The notes under the pieces are model-generated. The model did not search any database. It had not been told where the DNA came from and saw only the letters and a program-made list of their open reading frames with translations. Positions 45,477 through 53,556 of a stretch of DNA of 64,000 nucleotides are shown here, in pieces. Origin of the DNA: an uncultured Alphaproteobacteria bacterium (GTDB lineage Bacteria; Pseudomonadota; Alphaproteobacteria; Rhizobiales; Methyloligellaceae); the NCBI GenBank assembly GCA_963804705.1, contig CAWDRM010000018.1, positions 343,675 through 407,674 on the forward strand. Reading direction: 5' to 3'. Positions within the stretch are counted from its first letter, which is position 1. Each line of letters opens with the position of its first letter. The position numbers and the translations under genes were made by a program.

Positions 45477-45564
45477 TCATGCCCGGCCTTGTGCCGGGCA
45501 TCCACGTCTTTGGCCGCAGTAAACCAGAGGAAGACGTGGATGGCCGGGACAAGCCCGGCCATGA
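45477..45564. repeat. palindromic repeat element with 34-nt arms
   Basis: TCATGCCCGGCCTTGTGCCGGGCATCCACGTCTT (45477-45510) against AAGACGTGGATGGCCGGGACAAGCCCGGCCATGA (45531-45564): inverted arms with 4 mismatches. This is the type of element that produces spurious ..DKPGHD.. ORFs in alphaproteobacterial genomes. Confidence 0.7.
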
Positions 45565-45596
45565 CCAATCGTTTAAGTGGCTCAGAGAAGGTTGGA

Positions 45597-45628
45597 GGCT
45601 GGCGCGCGGGGAGCCCCACGCGCCAGCC
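45597..45628 (-). terminator. hairpin immediately 3' of rnpB
   Basis: GGCTGGCGCG (45597-45606) pairs with CGCGCCAGCC (45619-45628), with an inner GGGG/CCCC pair. On the minus strand it is followed by TCCAACCTTCTCT. Confidence 0.5.
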
Positions 45629-45638
45629 ATAGTCATGT

Positions 45639-46046
<408 letters not shown>

Positions 46047-46093
46047 ACATCTGTAATAAGGGGCTCGGGCGCCGTGACGTCAAGCGGGGGAGA

Positions 46094-46570
46094 TCACTCG
46101 GGCCAGGCGCGGAGCGCGAGCCGCGCGATCTCCCGCAATCGCTTGTGGGTAGCACCGCCGGCAGCCTGCACCGCCATGCCCTGCATGATGGTCGCCACGT
46201 AGCTCGCAAGCGCCGCCGGATCGGCGTCTTCCGGCAAATCGTCCTCGCGTTTCGCACGCTTCAGGCGCTCGCGGATCATGAGCTCCCCCGCCTGCCGGCG
46301 CTACGCGAGATCCTGCTTGACGCTCTCGCACACCTCGCCGCCGCACAGCGCGCCCTGCACCATGAGACAGCCTTGCGGCGTGCGCTTGTCGCTCAACAAC
46401 TCGGCGGTGCCCTCGAGCAGACGCGTCATGGCCTCTCGCGCCGTGGGCGCCGCGAAAGCTTCCGCGAAGAACGCGTCACGTTTTGCTTCGTAACGCGCGA
46501 GCGCCTTCTTGAACAACGCCTCCTTGTTGCCGAAGGCGGCGTAAAGGCTCTCGAAACCAATCGCCTCCAA
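46094..46570 (-). pseudogene. TetR/AcrR-family regulator remnant (HTH lost, internal TAG)
   Basis: Starts mid-HTH at ..LEAIGFESLYAAFGNKEALF.. with a TAG directly upstream (46574-46576). ORFs 46301..46570 and 46094..46279 are in the same frame but split by TAG 46301-46303. The C-terminus ..DLPEDADPAALASYVATIMQGMAVQAAGGAT.. is typical TetR_C. Confidence 0.75.
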
Positions 46571-47337
46571 AGACTACCAGGCCTTCAACGCCAAGCCGCT
46601 CGCCGGCAAAGTCGCGCTCGTCACCGGCGGCTCGCGCGGCATCGGCGCGGCCATCGCCCGGGCGCTTGCCGATCAGGGCGCCGACGTTGCCGTGAGCTAT
46701 GCCGCTTCGGCGGACAAGGCCGAGGCCGTCGCGAAAGAGCTGCAGGAGAATGGCGTACGCGCCAAGGCGTTCAAGGCCAATCAGGCCGACACCAAGCAGG
46801 TCGAAAATCTCGTGATTACGGTTGCCAACGAGTTCGGCCGGCTCGACATCCTCGTCAACAATGCTGGCGTGTTCGCTGGCGGCGCAATCCATGACGCCGC
46901 CGTCGACCACAAGGCGCTCGAGCATCTGTTCGCCGTGAATGTCGCCGGTGTCACGGCCGCCGTCCGCGCCGCGGTTAACTTCATGCGTGAAGGCGGGCGG
47001 ATCATCACCATCGGCTCGGTCGCTGGAGAGATGTCGCCAGTATCAGGTTTCGCCGATTATTCGGCGACGAAGGCTGCGGTCGCTGCCTATACGCGCGGCT
47101 GGCCGCGGGATCTCGGTCCCAAGGGGCATCACCGTGAACAATGTCCAGCCAGGGCCAATCGACACCGACATGGCGCCCAAGGGCGGTCCCGTGGCGGACT
47201 TGCTGAAGTCGGGAACGGCGCTGGGGCGTTACGGAAAGCCGGAAGAGGTGGCAGCAGCCGTCGCCTTCCTCGCCAGCCCGGCCGCCGCCTACATCACCGG
47301 CACCTCGCTCAATGTCGATGGCGGTTTCGCCGCCTAA
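46569..47337 (+). pseudogene. SDR-family oxidoreductase, start codon lost and +1 frameshift
   Basis: The frame reads ..KDYQAFNAKPLAGKVALVTGGSRGIGAAIARAL..NNAG..YSATKAAV.. with no start codon after stop 46542. At 47121-47130 aaGGGGcatc shifts the frame: expected ..DLGPKGITVNNVQPGPIDTDM.., which continues in ORF 46939..47337 to ..LNVDGGFAA. Confidence 0.75.
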
Positions 47338-47354
47338 GCGCGCGTCAGAAAACA

Positions 47355-47396
47355 TTGAGGCGAAGCCGACCCGAAGCCGGGGCGCCTTCGCCTCAA
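47355..47396. terminator. bidirectional hairpin terminator between SDR remnant and YHS-like gene
   Basis: TTGAGGCGAAG (47355-47365) pairs with CTTCGCCTCAA (47386-47396). It is followed by ATCGTTTT on the + strand and by TGTTTTCT on the - strand. Confidence 0.5.
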
Positions 47397-47406
47397 ATCG
47401 TTTTGA

Positions 47407-48534
47407 TCAGTTAGTTTCCTCGAAATCCATGCCGTCGAAGGTGTAGCGGGGAACTTGCGTCCAGATGCCGTCTTCGAGGACCGGCACCTTGTGCATCTTC
47501 ACGTCCTTGACCTCGAGCTTGCCCGACTTCTGATCGACCCAGAAATCGATGTCGTAATATTCGTCCTGGCTGCCCGGCTTGCGGAAGTCGGTGCAGACGA
47601 AATACTGCCCGTCCTTCTTCAGATGACGCACCGGCTGATGGATCTCGACGAATTCGAGGGGGACGGTGTCGCCGGTCTTGCCGTCCTTGACCTCAAGGTC
47701 GCCGCTCGCATCCTTATGGGTGGCGATGTAGCTGTGGATCGCGCCCATCACCTGCCAGGCGCGGGTTATCTCCATATCGCCAGGATGCTCCTGCACCGGC
47801 AGCCACCACCAAGCGATCGGCAGACGCGTGACCATGTACCAGCTGTCGCCGTCCTGCTTCGGCCCCTTCTGCACGCGGATGTCCATCAGCGTCAGATCTT
47901 GGCCTTCCGGCTTGAACCAGAAATCGATGGCGTATTGCTTCTTCGGCTCGTCCTTGTCGTGGAAGATGGTGTTGGCGAACCAGCCATAGCCGGTCATGCC
48001 CCGCACGCTCTTGATGCTCTCGAAGACGAGATTGAGGTCGGCGTTGAGCTTGGGATCACGGAAGACGAAGGTGCCGTCCTTGCTCCGCGCATCGACGACC
48101 TGCTTCACCGCGGCGTTCACGTCATCCTCGGTGAAGTCCTTGGCCTTGCCGCTCGCCGCGGCGTTCGACTGCGACAGTTTGAATTCGCGGGCCTTCTGGA
48201 TGTTCTCGGCCGGGTTCTTGAGGAAGGCCTCCTTCGAGGCCTCGGATGAGAAGCAGTAGACCTTGCCGTCGGTGTCCGTCCAATTGACCGAGCAATCGGT
48301 CTTCACCGTCTGGCCTTCGGCCAAGCCCATGGTGCAAGAGTTGTCGAACTCGCCCTTGACCGGCGTCGCGGTCGCAGCTGGCGCCGGCGTCATCGGCGCG
48401 GGCGTCATCGCCGGTGCGGCTGGCGTGGCGGGGGTGGCGGGCGTGGCCGCGTCCTCCGCTGCCGCAGGGCCAGCAATGGCGAGGCCAAGCAGCAAAGCGA
48501 CTGCCACGGCGGACAGGATGGGAGCCCTAGTCAT
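47407..48534 (-). CDS. secreted protein: N-terminal 3-Cys YHS-like module plus internally duplicated domain of unknown function
   Basis: Start at ATG 48534 (MTRAPILSAVAVALLLGLAIAGPAAA). Pro/Thr/Ala linker, then GEFDNSCTMGLAEGQTVKTDCSVNWTDTDGKVYCFSSEASKEAFLKNP. Two repeats follow, ending ..YAIDFWFKPEGQDLTLMDIRVQKGP.. and ..YDIDFWVDQKSGKLEVKDVKMHKVP... Confidence 0.75.
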   Translation of the reverse strand: MTRAPILSAVAVALLLGLAIAGPAAAEDAATPATPATPAAPAMTPAPMTPAPAATATPVKGEFDNSCTMGLAEGQTVKTDCSVNWTDTDGKVYCFSSEASKEAFLKNPAENIQKAREFKLSQSNAAASGKAKDFTEDDVNAAVKQVVDARSKDGTFVFRDPKLNADLNLVFESIKSVRGMTGYGWFANTIFHDKDEPKKQYAIDFWFKPEGQDLTLMDIRVQKGPKQDGDSWYMVTRLPIAWWWLPVQEHPGDMEITRAWQVMGAIHSYIATHKDASGDLEVKDGKTGDTVPLEFVEIHQPVRHLKKDGQYFVCTDFRKPGSQDEYYDIDFWVDQKSGKLEVKDVKMHKVPVLEDGIWTQVPRYTFDGMDFEETN

Positions 48535-48755
48535 GGCGTTTCTCCTCGTATGACGTCTTGAATTTTGCTCAAGAGCGGTGCCTGCAATGCCCGTTTCTTG
48601 GCGGATTATTACCCGCCGGTATGTGACCGAAGTCACCGTCTGTCCAATCGCGTCTCTGTGATCGCTGAGCTGGTGGAGGTGCCTTTCCCGGGCGTGTCAT
48701 CGCGGCGGGCCGGATTGGCCCAATATCAAGGGAACAACCCCATAGGAGACGACAA

Positions 48756-49013
48756 ATGAAAAGAACCATCTTCCTCTCCACGATCGCGGGCGCCCTGCTC
48801 CTCGCCACGTCCGCCATAGCGGCCGCCACCGGCGAGTTCGACAATATGTGCGCGGAGGGCCTTGCGCTCGGCAAGGACGTGAAGACGGATTGCACCGTCA
48901 GCGAGACGATCGACGGCAAGACCTATTGCTTCGGCAATGAGACCGCCAAGACGCTGTTCATGAAGGACCCGCAAGGCAATCTCGCCAAAGCGCAGAGTTC
49001 AAGCAAGCACTAG
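48756..49013 (+). CDS. small secreted YHS-like 3-Cys protein (85 aa)
   Basis: Signal peptide MKRTIFLSTIAGALLLATSAIAA, then GEFDNMCAEGLALGKDVKTDCTVSETIDGKTYCFGNETAKTLFMKDP. About half its residues are identical to the N-module of the divergent 375-aa neighbour. Confidence 0.7.
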   Translation: MKRTIFLSTIAGALLLATSAIAAATGEFDNMCAEGLALGKDVKTDCTVSETIDGKTYCFGNETAKTLFMKDPQGNLAKAQSSSKH

Positions 49014-49029
49014 CGGCGCATGACTGGAA

Positions 49030-49051
49030 CCCGCTTCCCGCGGGGAGCGGG
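49030..49051. terminator. hairpin between convergent genes
   Basis: CCCGCTTCC / GGGGAGCGGG stem (one G-U pair) with a 4-nt loop, followed by CTCTTCTC. Confidence 0.4.
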
Positions 49052-49057
49052 CTCTTC

Positions 49058-49825
49058 TCACGCCACGGGCATCCCCTGCATCGCGCCGAGGAGGCGCCGC
49101 AACGTATCGCGCGTCGAGGCGTCGGCGCGGCCGTCGATGCGCTCGGGCCGGAAATGACGTTGAAAGGACTCGACGATGCTCTCCGTGCCGCGGCCATACG
49201 TGCCCGTCACCTCCACGCCATAGCCGAAGGCGGCAAGATCCTGCTGAAGCTTGGCAACAGCCTCGCCCTCATCGCCAAGCCCTAGCCCGGGCTCGTCGCT
49301 CGCCGGCATGGGGGGCACCCAGAGACCGATACCGGCTCTCGCCAAGCGCTCCCAATCGAACTTCTCGCCCGGGTCGCGCTTCCGTCCCGGTGCGATGTCC
49401 GAATGGGCCAGCACACGTTCTGGCCGGATGGGGTGGCGGCGCAAAACGTCGAGGCAGAGCGCCTCGACCGCCTGCATCTGCGCGTCCGGGAAATCGCGAT
49501 AACCGAGATCGTGGCCGGGATTGTGGATCTCGATGCCGATCGAGCGGGAATTGAGGTCGGTCTCGCCAGCCCACAGGCTTTGACCCGCGTGCCAGGCGCG
49601 CATCTCCTCCGGCACCATCTGTGCTATGCGCCCGTCCTCGTCGATCAGATAGTGGCACGACACTTTCGACTCTTCCCGCGTCAGCCAATCGAGCGCAGCG
49701 TCGGAAAACTCCATGCCCGTGTAGTGCAGCAGCAGCATATCGGCGGCGCGTCCGTCGCGGCGTGGCTCGACGTTCGGCGACGGGCACCACAGCGTGGCGA
49801 GCGGGCTATCGGGGGCGATGGTCAT
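49058..49825 (-). CDS. N-acetylmuramoyl-L-alanine amidase (AmpD-like amidase_2) with C-terminal peptidoglycan-binding domain
   Basis: ..LLLHYTGM..AWHAGQSLWAGETDLNSRSIGIEIHNPGH..HSDIAPGRKRDPGEKFDW.. plus a PG_binding_1-like ..EAVAKLQQDLAAFGYGVEVTGTYG... ATG 49825 is chosen because the upstream 42 codons of the ORF are encoded by a repeat element. Confidence 0.85.
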   Translation of the reverse strand: MTIAPDSPLATLWCPSPNVEPRRDGRAADMLLLHYTGMEFSDAALDWLTREESKVSCHYLIDEDGRIAQMVPEEMRAWHAGQSLWAGETDLNSRSIGIEIHNPGHDLGYRDFPDAQMQAVEALCLDVLRRHPIRPERVLAHSDIAPGRKRDPGEKFDWERLARAGIGLWVPPMPASDEPGLGLGDEGEAVAKLQQDLAAFGYGVEVTGTYGRGTESIVESFQRHFRPERIDGRADASTRDTLRRLLGAMQGMPVA

Positions 49826-49837
49826 GGGTTCTCTTAT

Positions 49838-49930
49838 CCTCATGCTGAGGAGCGACCGCAAGGTCGCGTCTCGAAGCACGAGGCCACATCCTTCGAAACT
49901 GCCGCGTTCCGCGGCCTCCTCAGGATGAGG
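49838..49930. repeat. dispersed palindromic repeat, copy 2
   Basis: Forward arm 49838-49881 (CCTCATGCTGAGGAGCGACCGCAAGGTCGCGTCTCGAAGCACGA) and reverse arm 49889-49930. Confidence 0.7.
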
Positions 49931-49961
49931 GTTATAGTCGCAATAGGCCAACTACCGCGAG

Positions 49962-50681
49962 CTAGATCCCACGCTCCTTGGCGATCTGGCCGTAGGATTC
50001 GTTGATGGCGGCGATCTTCTCGGTGGCGATGGCGACGAACTCCTTGGGTACGCCGCGGGCCATCAGCTTGTCGGGATGATTCTCGGTGACGAGCTTGCGA
50101 TATTGCGCCTTCAGCTCTTCATTGCTGATGGTCGGCTTGACGCCCAGCACGTCGTACGGATTGCGCTTGGCCGCCGCGACGTGCCGCGCCTTGATATAGG
50201 CGAACTCGGTATCGGTGATGCCGAAGCGCTTGGCGACCTGCTTCAGGAATTGCTCCTCGTTCGGGTGCAGCACCTCGTCGGCTTTGGCGATGTGGAACAG
50301 GCCTTCGAGCACGTCCTCGAGCAGCTTGCGGTTGCCCTTGAACATGGCGGCGAGCTGCTCGGCATAGGCCTCGTAGCCGGCGACGTCCTGCTTGGCGAGA
50401 TTGAAGACGCGGGCGACGTTCTTCATTTCGCCCTCTGGCACCTTGAACACTTCCTTGAAGGCGTTGACCTCGTCCATGGTGACGACGCCGTCGGCCTTGG
50501 CCATCTTGGCGCCGAGCGCAATCACGCCGACGGTGAAGGCGACCTGATTCTCCGCCGGGCCCTCCTCCTCCTTGTCACGATCGATGACATAATGCCCGGC
50601 AACGCCCCCGAGTAAAGCGCCGATCGGGCCGCCGACAGCAAGCCCGGCGGCAGCACCGGCCAATTTTCCCCAAATCGACAT
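49962..50681 (-). CDS. djlA: co-chaperone DjlA (TerB-like domain plus J domain)
   Basis: MSIWGKLAGAAAGLAVGGPIGALLGG.. TM/Gly-rich N-terminus, TerB-like middle, and a C-terminal J domain NPYDVLGV..HPDK. Start at ATG 50681 within ORF 49962..51029. Confidence 0.8.
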   Translation of the reverse strand: MSIWGKLAGAAAGLAVGGPIGALLGGVAGHYVIDRDKEEEGPAENQVAFTVGVIALGAKMAKADGVVTMDEVNAFKEVFKVPEGEMKNVARVFNLAKQDVAGYEAYAEQLAAMFKGNRKLLEDVLEGLFHIAKADEVLHPNEEQFLKQVAKRFGITDTEFAYIKARHVAAAKRNPYDVLGVKPTISNEELKAQYRKLVTENHPDKLMARGVPKEFVAIATEKIAAINESYGQIAKERGI

Positions 50682-50784
50682 TGTCGAACCCCCAGACTGA
50701 AGCCTCGCTAGAGCATAAGGATTTTTGCCCGAGGCCGCATGTGGATAATCGCCTCGGGTCGCGCGACGGGGACCTCCCGGCCGC

Positions 50785-51123
50785 TCAGGACTTTGCCGGA
50801 ACCGGCCCCAAATTCCGGAAATTGGCAAGGATGGACAGCTGAGGCACGTCGATATCGAGCCCGGCACCGAGCCGCCGCTCGACATGGTAGGAGCGGGCAA
50901 AACACCAGACAAACAGCCACAAAGTGAGCAGCACGACAAAGGCGCTCGCCACCATGATGACGGTGCGGCCAAGCTGGAAGAGGTCCGCACTGGCCACGAT
51001 GAAGGCCTCAATGATGATGCCGAAGCCACCAGCGACGACGATGGCGGCGCTGATGGACGTGATGAACATCACGACGGGGTTGCCGTCACTGCGGCGCGTG
51101 TGGGGGTTGGCTTCGGTGTCCAT
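50785..51123 (-). CDS. hypothetical membrane protein (112 aa, 2 TM)
   Basis: MDTEANPHTRRSDGNPVVMFITSISAAIVVAGGFGIIIEAFIV..VIMVASAFVVLLTLWLFVWCF... No family recognised. Confidence 0.5.
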   Translation of the reverse strand: MDTEANPHTRRSDGNPVVMFITSISAAIVVAGGFGIIIEAFIVASADLFQLGRTVIMVASAFVVLLTLWLFVWCFARSYHVERRLGAGLDIDVPQLSILANFRNLGPVPAKS

Positions 51124-51194
51124 GGGCGACCCTAATAGCCGAGGCGACATGGGGAGGACAAGGGGCCTCATGGTTCGAGATGCGGCCGTTGGCC

Positions 51195-51260
51195 GCTCCT
51201 TACTGTGAGGAGCTGCCCCTCATCCTGAGGAGCGCTCGCAGAGCGCGTCTCGAAGGATCG
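51195..51260. repeat. dispersed palindromic repeat, copy 3 (one full arm plus a degenerate partner)
   Basis: Arm 51218-51260 is CCTCATCCTGAGGAGCGCTCGCAGAGCGCGTCTCGAAGGATCG, preceded by the GCTCCTTACTGTGAGGAGC hairpin. Confidence 0.6.
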
Positions 51261-51275
51261 GACCCGAAAATCCGC

Positions 51276-51715
51276 TCAAGACTTCGGCACGCCGCGGCGG
51301 ATGCTGCGCGAGGCGCCGACGATCTCGATGCCCTTGCTGCCCACGAACTGGTCGAGCAGCATGGTAACGTAATAGGGCGTGGCGATGGCAGCACGAGGCC
51401 GTTCTTCACGCAGCCAATGACCGCCGTCCGCCAAAATGCGGGCCGGCCGCTATAGGCCTCGTGGCTGAGCGAGACATCCATATTGGCGTAGGGCTTCACC
51501 CCGCTCACGGTGAGCTGATAAGCGCCCTCGCCCGCATACCATTCGATATCGATATCGGTGAAATCGATGGGATAGCATTCGCCGAGGAGACCCCAGGCCG
51601 GCACCACCAGCGGCGGCAAAGTCGGCTTGCTTGCCAGCGGCGCCGCGGCCACCGGCAGCATGGCCGTCAAGATCAATCCGAGCCCGCCGATCAGGCTCCA
51701 AAGACGGCTTCGCAT
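51276..51715 (-). pseudogene. hypothetical secreted protein with a 1-nt frameshift near 51385-51395
   Basis: ORF 51200..51715 reads sensibly to ..AFWRTAVIGCVKNGLVLP, then turns to junk and runs into the repeat. The adjacent frame continues IATPYYVTMLLDQFVGSKGIEIVGASRSIRRGVPKS and stops at TGA 51278-51276. Confidence 0.55.
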
Positions 51716-51798
51716 CGCGTCCCCCGTGTTCTTCTTTGGCTCACCCTAGGGCGCGACTGTGACAGTCTCAAGGTCTGGCCGATTCATCCTCGATGGTC

Positions 51799-52093
51799 TC
51801 AGACCATCTTGCCTTGAATGCGCTTCATGTCCGCGAAGGAGAAGGCCCGCAGCAGCTCGGAGCGGATGTTGCCGAGCGAGCCGGCGCTCAGGGCGAGCGC
51901 CGCCGCGCTGTCGTCGTCCGGAGCGTCGAACACCGCGATGACGTCATAACGGCCCATGATCCAGCAAAGCTCCTTGAGGGGCACGCCCGCTCTTCTTGGC
52001 CATCGCCTGGAAGGCCTCCGCGCGGCCGATCGTGTCATTGATGTCGCGGATGCCTTGATCGGTGAAGTGCACGAGCATGAAATAGGTCGCCAC
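51799..52093 (-). pseudogene. GYD-domain protein with +1 frameshift (CCC run 51986-51988)
   Basis: GTG 52093 is preceded by AGAGGAGA. It reads VATYFMLVHFTDQGIRDINDTIGRAEAFQAMAKKSG, then shifts frame. ORF 51799..52038 continues ..VPLKELCWIMGRYDVIAVFDAPDDDSAAALALSAGSLGNIRSELLRAFS.. (GYD family). Confidence 0.7.
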
Positions 52094-52126
52094 CGGAATG
52101 TCTCCTCTGTTCGTTTGGGTTCTGGA

Positions 52127-52852
52127 TCAGGTGAAGATCAGCTCGAGCAAGAAGGACCCGGCGATGACCGCTGACGCCGCGTTGATCTCGCGGAAGCGAT
52201 CCGGCCAGCGCCTTCAGCGCCACATAGGCGATGAAGCCGAGGCCGACGCCGGTGGCGATGGAATAGCTCAAGGGGATCATCAGCGCGATGATCAGCGCCG
52301 GGATATATTCGGTGGGCTCGTCCCAGGCGATCGCGCCGAGGCTCGTCGCCATCAGGCAGGCGACAAAGAGCAGCGCCGGCGCGGTGGCATAGGTCGGCAG
52401 GGTCTGGGCGAGCGGGGCAAGGAACAGGCTCGCCAGGAACAGCGCCGGCCACAGCAAGCGCGGTCAAGCCCGTGCGGCCGCCCTCCTCGACGCCCGCCGA
52501 GCTCGGGCACCATGGTGAAGGCGAAATAGGCGTTGAGCCCCATGCCAGGTGCGAGTGCGATCGGGTAGTTGGCGTAGAGCCCCATGATCGCGGTGCTCAC
52601 AGCGGCGGCGAGGCAAGTCGCCACGAACACGGCGCCATGATCCATGCCGGCCTTCTCCAGGATCGCCGGGTTCACGAATATGATGTAGGCCATGGTGAGA
52701 AAGGTGGCGAGGCCGGCGCGGAGCTCGGTGGCGATGCTGGTGCCGGCGGCGGTGAAGCCGAAGAAGCGGTCGATGGGGCTGAGCGGTGCGATCGCCTCTG
52801 CGGGCGCCTGCGGGGCTGGAGCTTTGCGTTCCCCTGATGTTGCCTTTGCCAT
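52127..52852 (-). pseudogene. NCS2/AzgA-type purine permease remnant (internal ~0.6-kb deletion plus frameshifts)
   Basis: The N-part MAKATSG..FFGFTAAGTSIATELRAGLATFLTMAYIIFVNPAILEKAGMDHGAVFVATCL..APGMGLNAYFAFTMV joins directly to ..SSAGVEEGGRTGLTALAVAG (frame change) LFLASLFLAPLAQTLPTYATAPALLFV..MIPLSYSIATGVGLGFIAYVALKALAG (frame change near 52199) RFREINAASAVIAGSFLLELIFT*. About 200 central residues of the family are missing. Confidence 0.75.
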
Positions 52853-52876
52853 CTCCCCTCCCCCTCTGCCCCTCAC

Positions 52877-52985
52877 TCTTCGAGACGGACCTTCGGTCCT
52901 CCTCGGGGTGAGGATCAAGGCCCTTGCTGAAGATTAAGCTCCTCATGGTGAGAAGCGCCGTGTAAACGGCGCGTCTCGAACCATG
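52877..52985. repeat. dispersed palindromic repeat, copy 4 (longer spacer)
   Basis: Reverse arm 52877-52913 and forward arm 52941-52985 (CCTCATGGTGAGAAGCGCCGTGTAAACGGCGCGTCTCGAACCATG). Confidence 0.65.
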
Positions 52986-53025
52986 TGGCCAGTTTAGGCT
53001 AAGACAATAAGGAGAGGAGTCATGT

Positions 53026-53556
53026 ATGGCCATTTACGCACTCGCCGGCGAGGCACCGGAGCTACCGGCCGACGGCCTCTATTGGGTCGCCGAGACCGCT
53101 GCCGTGATCGGGCGCGTGCGGCTCCATTCCGATGTCAGCATCTGGTGGGGCTCGGTGTTGCGCGGCGACAATGAGTGGATCGAGATTGGAACGCGCTCGC
53201 AGGTTCAAGACAATGCAACGCTGCACACCGATCCGGGCTTTCCGCTCACCATCGGCAGGGACTGCGTCATCGGCCACAACGTCGTGCTGCATGGCTGCAC
53301 CATCGGCGATGGCTGCCTGATCGGCATGGGCGCGATCATCCTGAACGGCGCGAAGATCGGCGCCAACTCCCTGGTCGGCGCCGGCGCGCTGATCACCGAA
53401 GGGAAGGAGTTCCCCGACAATTCGGTGATCGTCGGCGCGCCCGCCAAGCTCGTACGCGAGGCCGACGACAAGACCCGGGCGATGACGGCGCGCGCGGCGG
53501 ACGTCTATGTGCGCCGCTGGAAGCGCTACGCCCGAGGGCTCACGCGCATCGGATGA
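53026..53556 (+). CDS. gamma-carbonic-anhydrase-like hexapeptide-repeat protein
   Basis: 176-aa left-handed beta-helix protein (..[43 protein letters not shown]..) as in the YrdA/PaaY/CaiE family. Confidence 0.85.
   Translation: MAIYALAGEAPELPADGLYWVAETAAVIGRVRLHSDVSIWWGSVLRGDNEWIEIGTRSQVQDNATLHTDPGFPLTIGRDCVIGHNVVLHGCTIGDGCLIGMGAIILNGAKIGANSLVGAGALITEGKEFPDNSVIVGAPAKLVREADDKTRAMTARAADVYVRRWKRYARGLTRIG

Noticed and set aside
45206-45619. 137-aa ORF with ..VMAGLVPAIHVF..RHKAGHDE..
   Set aside because: Encoded entirely by palindromic repeat and hairpin elements. This is a classic repeat-derived false ORF.
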